DNA of 64,000 bases from a virus (Duplodnaviria; Heunggongvirae; Uroviricota; Caudoviricetes). The position numbers and the translations under genes are program-made. Positions 50,482 through 60,222 of the stretch are shown piece after piece. The stretch covers positions 314,635 through 378,634 of IMG/VR virus record IMGVR_UViG_3300031133_000383; one strand, written 5' to 3'. The notes beneath the pieces were generated by a model. The model was not told the DNA's origin and did no database searches. It was given only the letters and a program-made list of their open reading frames with translations. Positions within the stretch are counted from its first letter, which is position 1, and every line of letters begins with the position of its first letter.

Positions 50482-50841
50482 GTGGATATCATGAATATAC
50501 TCAAAGACTTGAAGCGTAAAATCAGACTCTTAAAAGTGTTCCGATTCAATCAAAAAATTCTTTATCTATTGCAAGATCCAGTGGTCGTCAATTCAGCACG
50601 TTTTGAAGATATTTATACGAATGAAAAAAAAGAAACGCACTATATGACCATCTATTATACTGTTAATGGATTTGAAATTTCAAAATTTCAAGTTGATGGC
50701 AGTTTTGCTTCTTACACTGTGTTCAAAGATAACCTTCAACTGTATTCATTTGTTACACGCTTTGGTATTCCACTGAAGAAGGATGTGGACATTGGGTTAG
50801 TTGATTCCATTTTTTCGAAAAAAATGTTGCAATCTTATTAA
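50482..50841 (+). CDS. Hypothetical protein
   Basis: SD aaggtgg; start probably ATG 50491. Confidence 0.7.
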   Translation: MDIMNILKDLKRKIRLLKVFRFNQKILYLLQDPVVVNSARFEDIYTNEKKETHYMTIYYTVNGFEISKFQVDGSFASYTVFKDNLQLYSFVTRFGIPLKKDVDIGLVDSIFSKKMLQSY

Positions 50842-50889
50842 TCACCTATTATAATCAAATTGCATTTTAGCTAGATAGGAGAATATATT

Positions 50890-51027
50890 ATGCACGGTTC
50901 ATTTGGTGATGCCAAAGAAGCTTTTCGTGGTGGTAAAAAACGTGATACTGAACAAGCCAAATTTCATAAGAAAGATAAAGAATGGCGTAAAAAACGGCGT
51001 CAGCGACACGAAGCTATTGGTGACTGA
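50890..51027 (+). CDS. 45-aa basic micro-protein
   Basis: Promoter and SD aggag; MHGSFGDAKEAFRGGKKRDTEQAKFHKKDKEWRKKRRQRHEAIGD. Confidence 0.7.
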   Translation: MHGSFGDAKEAFRGGKKRDTEQAKFHKKDKEWRKKRRQRHEAIGD

Positions 51028-51096
51028 TCGATAGAGCATATTATCGTTTAACATTAGCCATCATTTCTAAAATGATGGCTTTTTAATTAAGGTCAT

Positions 51097-51243
51097 TCAA
51101 TTTTTTTCTGGACCACATTTATTGCTGGGATTTTCTTTCAGACATTCCTGATTGTCCTGTGAGGTCGCAAACTCAAAGTTAACACCTGAATGACACGCTG
51201 TAAGTGTAAAGGCAGCAAACAGTACTACAATAAATTTTCTCAT
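51097..51243 (-). CDS. 48-aa lipoprotein
   Basis: SD gagga; MRKFIVVLFAAFTLTA-C lipobox; two further Cys. Confidence 0.75.
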   Translation of the reverse strand: MRKFIVVLFAAFTLTACHSGVNFEFATSQDNQECLKENPSNKCGPEKN

Positions 51244-51394
51244 ATTGATTATCCTCATAGATTTTTAATTATATTATTTTTAAAAATATAGTCAATCTCA
51301 AAATGTTATATTTTTCATTATTTTCTTTATTTTTTGTCCTTTAAATGGTATAATGGCTTATGTTTTAGACAATCTATTTGAATAAAGGATAAAA

Positions 51395-52189
51395 ATGATC
51401 AATAATCTTATGACGGCTCAGCAGGCTTTTAATGTATCCATGAATACGTATCCACTGCTGTATGCTGCTCCAAGTCTTGATGAAGCTAAAATAAAATATT
51501 TTGATCATGTGTTTAATACGATAGGTAATGGTATTAATGAAATACAAACCTTTGTTGCACGTCATCAACTCAATCCTGCAAATAGATCATTTACAAATAG
51601 TTTTCCAGTAAAATATAGTGATGGTTCCTGTTTATTTATGGCTTATACAGAAGTTCGTCAAGTAGCTGATGTAAAGTTTCCTGTGACAAGCAGCATTCTT
51701 CATGAACTATTTACAAAAGAAGAATTGGAGAGTATGCCAGAGGTGGTGGCGAGTGCTCCTTTTCAATCAAAAAGAAATAATCATGTTTTTAGTCCATATC
51801 CTAATTTTTCTAAGTGTTACTCCATGGTCTGGAATATGGATGTTACTTTGTTTCACCATTCATGGGTAGAATCTGCTTTTTGGTATTACACTCAAATGAA
51901 GACTTTTTTTAATAGTGAAACTGTACACTTTTATCATTCTGCTCCGCCTATTGAAGAGAATAAACTGGCACAGCTTATTGCTGATTATGAATCCAATTTC
52001 AGATATTGCAAAGTGGCAGATATGAGCGATGCTGATTACTTTAAGGCAATTTCTGATGCTTATGAATTGGATTATAATGGCGATACTCTAGATTTTATAA
52101 AAAGACGTTGGTCTATTGAATTGTCTCGTATCAATATTTTTATTGATGAAACACTTGATATGCTAGATAAAAAAATCAATAAAAAATAA
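51395..52189 (+). CDS. Hypothetical protein (H.F...GNG family)
   Basis: SMNTYPLLY...YFDHVFNTIGNG. Confidence 0.8.
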   Translation: MINNLMTAQQAFNVSMNTYPLLYAAPSLDEAKIKYFDHVFNTIGNGINEIQTFVARHQLNPANRSFTNSFPVKYSDGSCLFMAYTEVRQVADVKFPVTSSILHELFTKEELESMPEVVASAPFQSKRNNHVFSPYPNFSKCYSMVWNMDVTLFHHSWVESAFWYYTQMKTFFNSETVHFYHSAPPIEENKLAQLIADYESNFRYCKVADMSDADYFKAISDAYELDYNGDTLDFIKRRWSIELSRINIFIDETLDMLDKKINKK

Positions 52190-52228
52190 GTTGACTTTAT
52201 TCAATTTTTTTCATACAATTCTTGGATT

Positions 52229-52312
52229 GCGGAAGTGATGAAATGGTAGACGTGCTGGTCTTAGAAGCCAGTGTCGAGAGACGTGCGGGTTCGAGTCCCG
52301 CTTTCCGCACCA
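52229..52312 (+). tRNA. tRNA-Leu(UAG)
   Basis: Class II cloverleaf, anticodon arm ctggt-CT TAG AA-gccag, A73-CCA. Confidence 0.95.
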
Positions 52313-52335
52313 AATTTTAAAGCAAGGACATTACT

Positions 52336-52767
52336 ATGTCTATTACTCATAATTATCAATCTTTGTTGGATTTTGGATTTAGTCACTATTCCGCAACACC
52401 CACTGAAGTCACTCATGTGCTTTCAGACCTCTATCAAGATGGATTCATTAGTTATTATCGATCACTTGATCTTACATTGCCAGAAGATTTATTCCATCAA
52501 CGTCAAAATTTTTTTAGCCATCTTGTGACTGATCATAATGATGAACCTGATTATATTCAACTATTACTTAAAGCTAACATTGATTACAAACATGCCGTTT
52601 GGACAAAAGATCAGACTGCACACGGTGCCATTACTCCTACATTTCGAAAAAACTTATCATGGCGTAATGAGACATATAATTACTTTCCTGACAAACACCC
52701 TTCACTCTACTTTATGATATATAGAGAAATTAGAAATTCTTTTGTTAACTTATTTATTCCTGAATAA
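52336..52767 (+). CDS. Hypothetical protein
   Basis: SD aagga. Confidence 0.7.
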   Translation: MSITHNYQSLLDFGFSHYSATPTEVTHVLSDLYQDGFISYYRSLDLTLPEDLFHQRQNFFSHLVTDHNDEPDYIQLLLKANIDYKHAVWTKDQTAHGAITPTFRKNLSWRNETYNYFPDKHPSLYFMIYREIRNSFVNLFIPE

Positions 52768-52841
52768 TCTGGTCTATTTTATTATTTTCTGTACATTTTC
52801 ATTATTTTTTGATAAAATAAGACAACCTTTTCAGAGATTGC

Positions 52842-53462
52842 ATGATGATTTATAACCCCCAAGATATTTTTAAGCATTTAATCTTAAGTCAGCCTCAATT
52901 CTTTAAGACTTCTTGGGATTGTATGAAAACTATTTTTCTTAGCCAAGATGAACGTTTTGTTTTGACAGATGATTTTAAAATCTGTTTAGTAACTGATGAA
53001 CCTATTTCTGTACATATTGATCGCACATCATTGCAATTTTACAAAAAAGCAGTTCAATCTACAGCGTTTGCCAGTAATTATGGTCATAAGAACATTCATC
53101 AAAAAGCCATTATTGATCTTGAATTTCAAACATTGATTTATGATTTTATTGATGAAAGAATTGATGATATTGTCAAAATGAAACAACCTTATTGCGAAGC
53201 TTTTGAACCATCAGTAAAAGATTTGCAATTGATTTCTTCTACTTCATTGCTTTTTAAAATTGATAATCAATTAGACAGTGATTGGATTACTTATGCAACT
53301 ATTACTGCTGGAAATATTAAACATATTTTGTGGAGCAACTATGGTATTCATACTGCTCAGTCTGCCGTTACAGATCCTGCATCATGGGTTCAACATCATT
53401 ATTTTGAAACCTTTATTAAAATGAACGATATTATTAAGAAAATCACGGGGAAAGACGAATAA
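52842..53462 (+). CDS. Hypothetical protein, probable paralog of 53462-54079
   Basis: IFKHLILSQPQFFKTSWDCMKTIF N-terminus; similar length and layout. Confidence 0.75.
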   Translation: MMIYNPQDIFKHLILSQPQFFKTSWDCMKTIFLSQDERFVLTDDFKICLVTDEPISVHIDRTSLQFYKKAVQSTAFASNYGHKNIHQKAIIDLEFQTLIYDFIDERIDDIVKMKQPYCEAFEPSVKDLQLISSTSLLFKIDNQLDSDWITYATITAGNIKHILWSNYGIHTAQSAVTDPASWVQHHYFETFIKMNDIIKKITGKDE

Positions 53463-54079
53463 TGAATAAAATTGAAAACATGATTAAATATATCATTTCA
53501 ACCTATTCGACTGCTTTTCCTACTCGTTGGTTAGTATTGCATCATATGTTTTTTGTCACAGGCAATGGCATGCATTGGTCAAAATCCGGCGAGTTAATAG
53601 GCCGTATCAGCTATGATGCGGAAAAGCCGATTGATCTCAAATTTGACCAACTTGATTCACTTGTTGTTATGCAAAAACAGCTTGCAGGAATCCAGATCCC
53701 TGATGTAAATCTGTCATTGGATGTCAAAATAGATTTTTATACAAGAATGTCGGAATTTACCCGTAAAAACATTGACACCATCAGTGCAAACAATTTTTAC
53801 TATTTCGATGAACAAAAACCATCGATTGAACAATTTGGCTGGGGTTTTTGTGGCAACCATTTATTAACAGATTTACCAAAAAACATTCAATCAGGTTATA
53901 AGTCTTTAGTTTTTGAAGCTGTTTCTATTGCTATGAATGTTTTGATAGAGAAAAGTTATAAAAATAATCAGAAAATAAATTCTTTCGATAGTGATTTTAT
54001 GCTACAATCAAACTGGATTAATACTGAACATATGGATAATTATCTCCAATTGAAATCTATTATTGAAAAGCTTATTTAG
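53462..54079 (+). CDS. Hypothetical protein (H.F...GNG family)
   Basis: IISTYSTAFPTRWLVLHHMFFVTGNG. Confidence 0.75.
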   Translation: MNKIENMIKYIISTYSTAFPTRWLVLHHMFFVTGNGMHWSKSGELIGRISYDAEKPIDLKFDQLDSLVVMQKQLAGIQIPDVNLSLDVKIDFYTRMSEFTRKNIDTISANNFYYFDEQKPSIEQFGWGFCGNHLLTDLPKNIQSGYKSLVFEAVSIAMNVLIEKSYKNNQKINSFDSDFMLQSNWINTEHMDNYLQLKSIIEKLI

Positions 54080-54092
54080 TTAGGAGAGCAAT

Positions 54093-54524
54093 ATGTCTAT
54101 TAACGCGGGTAATGCACAACTTTTCAAGCCTGTTTATAGAAATCGCAGTCATGCACGTTTGGATTTTGGTGACTTTCAAAAAGAAATCAATACTCATCTT
54201 CGCTCAATTCTGCCTTATCATCTGCAATTCAAAGTTTCATTCAGTGATCATTTTCTGGATCGCATCATGGATAGGAAAGCTGATCCTCGACATATCAAAA
54301 AAATGATATGGGATACTTTAGATAAAAAAATATGCGAAATTCTGTATTTTACAGTAGTTGAAAAACCGAATCCACGAATGACTTTTACTGATACTATTCA
54401 TTATGTAATGTCTTCATGGGTCCAACATTCGAAGACGCTGGTTTTTCGTACCTATGTCTATAACCCTAATCGATTTGAAGGCACCAGTAAAGAAAAGGAT
54501 TTTGTAATCAATCATTATCATTAA
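54093..54524 (+). CDS. regB: T4 RegB-like endoribonuclease
   Basis: Colinear with T4 RegB as remembered: EINTHLR~QINNEIR, FKVSFSDHFLDRIMDR~FHLKYSQHLLDRAIQR, RMTFTD~RLEITD, LVFRTYVYNPNRFEG~LQCRMAIINSRRLPG. Confidence 0.7.
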   Translation: MSINAGNAQLFKPVYRNRSHARLDFGDFQKEINTHLRSILPYHLQFKVSFSDHFLDRIMDRKADPRHIKKMIWDTLDKKICEILYFTVVEKPNPRMTFTDTIHYVMSSWVQHSKTLVFRTYVYNPNRFEGTSKEKDFVINHYH

Positions 54525-54583
54525 CTTTACAAACCCTCTCTTTTTTGTTATAATATCATAAGTAAACAAAGGGGGGGATAATC

Positions 54584-55090
54584 ATGAATGACACTAAAGT
54601 AAACGATCTTAGTAATGAAATCGAAAACCTCGAAGAAAGCATCGAAAAGACGATTCGTCTTAAAGGTTTCTATCGCATGCCGATGGTTTCTGCTTATCCC
54701 CCTGCTATGAAAGTGCTTCGCGACATGGTTGAACGTGGTCTTTTGACTGAGCGTCAACATGGGCGTGAAATTTTCTTTTCAGCGACTAATAAAATTGTCA
54801 AAACTGTTGTTGTTCGCAGTATTCCAGCAGAAAAAATTCAGTCGGGCTTTACCGTTGGGCGAGCTAAAACGATTCGTGTTATTTCGCGTATCAATAATCG
54901 CTTTGCAGAAGTTGATGCTTCTAATTTTGAAATGTTGGGATTGGTATCGAAAGTTGAAACAAAAATGGTTCCAGCTAACTTTTGGGAAATGCTCACTTTT
55001 AAGAAAAATTGCCGTAAAACTGTTTTGAAGTTTTATAATAATACCACCGTCGTTGTTAATCCTGATGACGAATTGATGAAGGTACGCTAA
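54584..55090 (+). CDS. Hypothetical protein, possible N-terminal winged helix
   Basis: KVLRDMVERGLLTERQHGREIFFS. Confidence 0.7.
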   Translation: MNDTKVNDLSNEIENLEESIEKTIRLKGFYRMPMVSAYPPAMKVLRDMVERGLLTERQHGREIFFSATNKIVKTVVVRSIPAEKIQSGFTVGRAKTIRVISRINNRFAEVDASNFEMLGLVSKVETKMVPANFWEMLTFKKNCRKTVLKFYNNTTVVVNPDDELMKVR

Positions 55091-55091
55091 T

Positions 55092-55436
55092 ATGAATGAA
55101 TTGGGTAATATCGAAATTAATCAAGAATCTTTGTGGCGTGAAGTTTGGAAATCTGAACGTATTTCTATTGACAAAAAACGTGAATACCTGCTGAATTTAA
55201 ATCACTTTAGAAAGGCAAGTGACAATGCTCGTAATTTGACATTGTTGGTTGACTCCAAAAAACCTTTGAGTTCAGAAGATATTGCTAATATTCAATTGGC
55301 CATACAACAAGAAAATGATTATATTGAATGTTTGCGTTTATCAGGCTCAGCTTTGTACATCGAATATGATAATTTGAGTTCTATAGCTGATGCCTTGCGT
55401 GTAGAATACGAAAAAAAAACTAGCTGTAAATATTAA
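55092..55436 (+). CDS. Hypothetical protein
   Basis: SD aaggt; adjacent to the previous gene. Confidence 0.7.
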   Translation: MNELGNIEINQESLWREVWKSERISIDKKREYLLNLNHFRKASDNARNLTLLVDSKKPLSSEDIANIQLAIQQENDYIECLRLSGSALYIEYDNLSSIADALRVEYEKKTSCKY

Positions 55437-55510
55437 TTGTACAGTTAATAGCGTGTAAAAAAGAAAAGACTATTTATTTAGTTTTTTATATTTTGTAAAA
55501 TTATTGATTA

Positions 55511-56473
55511 GTGAGTATTTTAATAATGAAAGAAGCCTTTTTTGAAAAATTTGGACAGATATTTTGTAGAGACTACGAAAATTTCAGTGTTTTTTTAAAA
55601 CAATCTAATTTTTTTAAAGAGGTAAAGTCCAAAAAGTATAACAATACAGATTTTAAATATTATGAATCAACTGAAAAATATAATGGGTTATCTTATATTC
55701 TACAATTAACAAATACACCTTTTTCTCAGCTATTATCTGTTTTTTCATGCAAATCTAATTATTTTAACAATAAAAACGACAAGTCTCCTAGTCTTAATAG
55801 GTTGTTTTCGCTTGATTTAAAAGTTTTAAACATTTATGAATTGATGGGTAAAAATCCTGATATTATGAACATTCTCGCTGACTTAGGCGATGAACCCTCT
55901 GACAATGTTCCTAATGTTTTATCAGTAGGTGATATTGACGGATTGAAACAGTTTTTTATTGATGCTCAATATGAATTGGGCATTAATAATTTTGATAAAT
56001 TAATTAAAGATTATAGTCAATACGATGAAGAATTCTTGTTCAAGCTCGATTTTATTTTTAATTTATACCATCATAAAGGCTTTACTGAAAAAATGATTCT
56101 TGGTGGCAGTTATCATTATATTAAATGTCACGTTGAAAATAAGGAGGTATTCTCTTATTCCAATGATTCAAGCGAAGATTATTTTTTTATTTTTGAAAGA
56201 GATATTGAAACAAAAAATATTCGTGTCTTCTTTGATTTCATGAGTAATATTGATAAATCTAAATTTAAATTCTCTACATGTGTGGTGGGTAATCATCCAA
56301 TGATTGTTAGACATTATTTGGAAAATGAAATTCCTTGTTTCATTTCTACTGATGGGCATACCAAAGTTATTAAAAATACTCAAACTTATCTTTTTGATGA
56401 TATTGAATACATTGCTAACAATTTGGCTCAGAAATTGAATATTAAATTGCCTAAAATCTTTAGCATTTATTGA
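55511..56473 (+). CDS. Hypothetical protein
   Basis: 320-aa ORF. Confidence 0.75.
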   Translation: MSILIMKEAFFEKFGQIFCRDYENFSVFLKQSNFFKEVKSKKYNNTDFKYYESTEKYNGLSYILQLTNTPFSQLLSVFSCKSNYFNNKNDKSPSLNRLFSLDLKVLNIYELMGKNPDIMNILADLGDEPSDNVPNVLSVGDIDGLKQFFIDAQYELGINNFDKLIKDYSQYDEEFLFKLDFIFNLYHHKGFTEKMILGGSYHYIKCHVENKEVFSYSNDSSEDYFFIFERDIETKNIRVFFDFMSNIDKSKFKFSTCVVGNHPMIVRHYLENEIPCFISTDGHTKVIKNTQTYLFDDIEYIANNLAQKLNIKLPKIFSIY

Positions 56474-56564
56474 TTATTAGAGAGTGTTCAGTATCTTTTT
56501 GTGTTTGTTTTTTGAAATTTATGGTACACTTTATTCTCAACCCATTCTTTAGAAAGGTGTTATA

Positions 56565-57200
56565 ATGGTCAAGAAAAATCATCCTCTCTTTGATTACCTA
56601 AAATCTGCTAAAATATTCACAGTCACTATGATGGTTTTTAGTTTTGCATTGCTTTACAATGCAATGAATACTCAGGTTAAAACAGATATTACATTTTCTA
56701 TTTTCATCTCTTTTTCATCTATTTGCCTTTGGGTCATGTGTATTATCACATCAAGGATACAGTCAATTCACACATTTTATCATTGGTCGAGTTTGCTGAA
56801 CTATACTCTATCATTGGCAATAGTTATTTATTATTTCATATGGTCTAAAAATTATCCAATTGCGGTTTTTGGCTTTTTTATTGCACAAGTTTATGTATTG
56901 ATATTATTGTCTCAGATCTATAATTTCTTTATTTTAAATCATCATGAATTTTCAGAATTACGCTTATTGAACAATGGCGAAAATCCTTTTAATTCACCTA
57001 TGAATGTTGCATTAAGCCTTTCAACTAAATTTTCGTTCTTTACTGCAAATGGGATTGTAAAAATTGGTTATGGTGATTTGTATTTTAACAATAAGAAATT
57101 TGATATGTATCATGTTCAACACTACTTTGAAAAAAATGGCCTTACTATCATGACAGTAACAAATGATGATTTTTTGGTTATGGAAATGCTAGACCACTGA
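56565..57200 (+). CDS. 4-TM membrane protein, C-terminal EM-motif family
   Basis: SD aaggtg; ends VTNDDFLVMEMLDH. Confidence 0.8.
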   Translation: MVKKNHPLFDYLKSAKIFTVTMMVFSFALLYNAMNTQVKTDITFSIFISFSSICLWVMCIITSRIQSIHTFYHWSSLLNYTLSLAIVIYYFIWSKNYPIAVFGFFIAQVYVLILLSQIYNFFILNHHEFSELRLLNNGENPFNSPMNVALSLSTKFSFFTANGIVKIGYGDLYFNNKKFDMYHVQHYFEKNGLTIMTVTNDDFLVMEMLDH

Positions 57201-57258
57201 CCATTTACAAATTCCTTTTTTATGCTATGATTGCATTAATTAACATCGGCCAACTATC

Positions 57259-57483
57259 ATGACAACATTTTCACAAGCAGCCGTTCTTGGTGGTCATTCA
57301 ATCAAAGTCAATGATACTATTCTTATTAATCCCTCACGACATGTCACCATTGTCGGTTCTGATATTTCAATCAATCCTGACAGCGGCGAGACAGATGTCA
57401 TCTTTGTCATCAACTTTTATGATGGAGAACGCTCAGGTACTGAACGTGTACATCGAAAACATCTATCTGACTGGTTGCGTTGA
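57259..57483 (+). CDS. Small hypothetical protein
   Basis: Promoter tttaca...tgctatgat upstream. Confidence 0.55.
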   Translation: MTTFSQAAVLGGHSIKVNDTILINPSRHVTIVGSDISINPDSGETDVIFVINFYDGERSGTERVHRKHLSDWLR

Positions 57484-57567
57484 GCATTTTTCGGCCTTGA
57501 TATTGTTGTCAGTAGACTTTTTTTGATGTATAATAGTTGCATTAAAATTATTTTAAGGTCTTTTGAC

Positions 57568-58908
57568 ATGTCCTCCACAGTTGCATCTTTCAGTATTGTT
57601 GGCCGTAATATGACCGCTATGGCTCGAAACATGGTGTTGGATGGTGATTGGAGAAAAAGCACTAAATTCTTGATCGATGAATTTGAAGGTATGACGCATG
57701 GTTATGCTCACATGATTTTGCGTGGCACTCATGTGCTTGACGGTATCAATAATGATATTGAAATGATTGAAGAGCGTGACGATAACTATATTGAAACAAT
57801 GAACGAAATCTATTGTCACAACAGTTTTTACGAATTAGGACAGCTTTATGAATTTCAATCTTTGGTTACAAATGAAACTGTTCATGAAGACATTCGTCGT
57901 CGTCAACTTAACCATGATATTCCAGCCTATGAAGAATATGTTCGTAAATACCTATGCCCCCAACAGGCGTTAGTTTTCAATGTAACCATGGATAGTAAAA
58001 ACTTTTATACCATCATAGCAACTAAAAAAGATAACAATGATCTGCCATTATGGTTTGGAGAGGATGATTTTAGCCGTTCTGCTAAAGCATTCTTTACAAA
58101 ACATCTAAAACCTGCTCCAGTACCTGCAGTTGATAAAGGTATATTTATACAATCTGTTGATGAGCCTACCGAAAAACCTGACTGGTATAAATCCATTCGT
58201 ACTGCTCGGGCATTGCAAACAGCTTCAAATCATGGTTTTGATTCAATTGAAGGCTTTTCAAACAGCCTTCGAAAAAATGTCTTGCAAACAATTGTAGACC
58301 GTGGAGTTCAATGGAAAACGCTTCATATTAATCATGATGGAATAAATGAAACCATCCAGTATCCTTATGAATTAGCGATGGCGTATGTTTTTTCTCGGAC
58401 GGATATCCGACAATTTGCTCCGAAATGGACACCAGTTTGTCCTAGTAATATCAAACAAGATAATGATTCAAGACTGCATTCCGATATTTGGATTGCATTG
58501 GGGTTCGATTTCGATGGTCAAGAATACGACTATAGCACTAAAGAAAACTTAATTCTGTCGGCGATTGTTGATGAACTTCATAACGAAGTTTTCCCAGCCG
58601 GTGAATTTATCACTTTGAACTCGGCGGGGCTGAAAACATTTACAGGTAAAGTAGTTACTCCACAGTCAAAAAAAATTACAAAACATGATATTCTGGTTAT
58701 TCCACATGCTGGATCTGAATTTGAGATTTTTGCTCGGCAAGCGGGTCTTGTCATTTCAGAAGTAGGTGGTAAACTGGCTCACTTAGTCATTGTAGGTCGA
58801 GAAATGGGATTGCCTTTGGTTCGAGTTGATAATGCATGCGAGTTATTCAAGGAAGACGTTGTTATTTCTCTTAACTTTGATGAATGTACTTTAAAAGTAA
58901 AACGATAA
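57568..58908 (+). CDS. Protein with a C-terminal PEP-utilising enzyme mobile (phosphohistidine swivel) domain
   Basis: DILVIP...VISEVGGKLAHLVIVGREMGLP matches the GG..sH.aIvaRE.g.P motif; no ATP-grasp or TIM-barrel domain evident. Confidence 0.78.
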   Translation: MSSTVASFSIVGRNMTAMARNMVLDGDWRKSTKFLIDEFEGMTHGYAHMILRGTHVLDGINNDIEMIEERDDNYIETMNEIYCHNSFYELGQLYEFQSLVTNETVHEDIRRRQLNHDIPAYEEYVRKYLCPQQALVFNVTMDSKNFYTIIATKKDNNDLPLWFGEDDFSRSAKAFFTKHLKPAPVPAVDKGIFIQSVDEPTEKPDWYKSIRTARALQTASNHGFDSIEGFSNSLRKNVLQTIVDRGVQWKTLHINHDGINETIQYPYELAMAYVFSRTDIRQFAPKWTPVCPSNIKQDNDSRLHSDIWIALGFDFDGQEYDYSTKENLILSAIVDELHNEVFPAGEFITLNSAGLKTFTGKVVTPQSKKITKHDILVIPHAGSEFEIFARQAGLVISEVGGKLAHLVIVGREMGLPLVRVDNACELFKEDVVISLNFDECTLKVKR

Positions 58909-58920
58909 TACGAAACATAG

Positions 58921-58957
58921 GTAACATACTCACGGCCATGAATCACCGGGATTTCCG
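58921..58957 (-). repeat. Solo IS200/IS605-type end remnant, copy 2
   Basis: Reverse complement cggaaatcccggtgattcatggccgtgagtatgttac; near copy at 31305-31342. Confidence 0.55.
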
Positions 58958-59034
58958 GTAAAATATTCTAAATTTTTGTTTTCATTTAGGCTGTTTTGAT
59001 GTATAATCTCCTAAATCGTTAAGAGATTCTAGCC

Positions 59035-59535
59035 ATGAGCGAAAAGCCTACAAAAATCATCCCCTTCATTCCTCACTATAAACGTGGAAACAATGAAGTA
59101 GTTTTAGAAACGGAATCTGATTTTTATGACCGTCTTGGCAATAAGGCTAGGGTTACTAAAGTCGTTTATCGTGACAACAAAGGTAAATTTCACGAAGAAA
59201 CTATTCGTGTCAAATGGGAACAGCTAATTGACATCAAAAAGACGGTTCCTGAGAAAGTTCATTTGGTTCGGGCCTATATCAGTTTGATGGTGTGCAGTAA
59301 TGGCTTGTTTTTTTATACTACTTTAGCCATGAGTAATGGTGTTGTATCAACTCCAAAATGTTCAAAAGAACTCTATAAGGCTTTGTATGATGTTTTTTAT
59401 TTTGCCAATATGTTTGGTATCGAACCTGATATCTATGAACCCTCTGAGCATGTTTCTGCTGCTGAGATTGCAGCGGCTTACGAAGAAATTAGCCTTCTTG
59501 TTGAAAGCAAAAAAAATCGAAAATCTGACATGTGA
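59035..59535 (+). CDS. Hypothetical protein
   Basis: 166-aa ORF after a promoter. Confidence 0.7.
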   Translation: MSEKPTKIIPFIPHYKRGNNEVVLETESDFYDRLGNKARVTKVVYRDNKGKFHEETIRVKWEQLIDIKKTVPEKVHLVRAYISLMVCSNGLFFYTTLAMSNGVVSTPKCSKELYKALYDVFYFANMFGIEPDIYEPSEHVSAAEIAAAYEEISLLVESKKNRKSDM

Positions 59536-59921
59536 TTGATATGCTAATCTTCTTTCCTGTTCTTATTTTGGTATTGAATTGGCCTTTATATTTTATAGGT
59601 CTAATGGATATCTATACATTTCAAGATCTTTTTAAGTTTTTTAGTTATATGATGATGATAAGTATAGGTTTGAACATTTTTTATACTTTTTTGTCAATAT
59701 TTTATGTATTTAGAATTCGCAATTTGAGCAATAAATATCATATTGTTCCATGGCTAGTTTGTTTGAATAGTTTAATTGCTTTTAAATTTATAGCATATTA
59801 TGGTTATTTGAATTGGCTTCCAACTTTTTTGATTTGGTGTATGGTTACAATAACATTTTGCTTATTATCTTTTAAAATAATAGTGAAAAACCATCATAGA
59901 AAAATACAATCTTTTGATTGA
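59532..59921 (+). CDS. Membrane protein
   Basis: Four hydrophobic segments; 4-nt overlap with the previous gene. Confidence 0.7.
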   Translation: MIDMLIFFPVLILVLNWPLYFIGLMDIYTFQDLFKFFSYMMMISIGLNIFYTFLSIFYVFRIRNLSNKYHIVPWLVCLNSLIAFKFIAYYGYLNWLPTFLIWCMVTITFCLLSFKIIVKNHHRKIQSFD

Positions 59922-59985
59922 TTTTTGTCTGTCTTCAGGCTATAATATCTCCTATTAAAATCAAATTCACAAAATAGAGGTTAAC

Positions 59986-60222
59986 ATGATTAAGTCATTA
60001 AAAGAGTATGCATCTGTTGCTCGCCTGTGGGTCATTGAATATGAAAAATCTATTTTAGAATTGGGGATCACACATACTCTTGGAGGTACGTTTACTTCAA
60101 AAGAAGATTTATATTCTGCTATTGAAAGCCAGCTTAAAACTATTTTGAACAGTAAGGAACTTGAAGAAGATATTTCTTTTGAGTCTGCTCTTTTGATTCT
60201 TAAAGGTCAGAATGTAGCATAA
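59986..60222 (+). CDS. Hypothetical protein
   Basis: SD gaggt; terminator at 60237-60260. Confidence 0.7.
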   Translation: MIKSLKEYASVARLWVIEYEKSILELGITHTLGGTFTSKEDLYSAIESQLKTILNSKELEEDISFESALLILKGQNVA

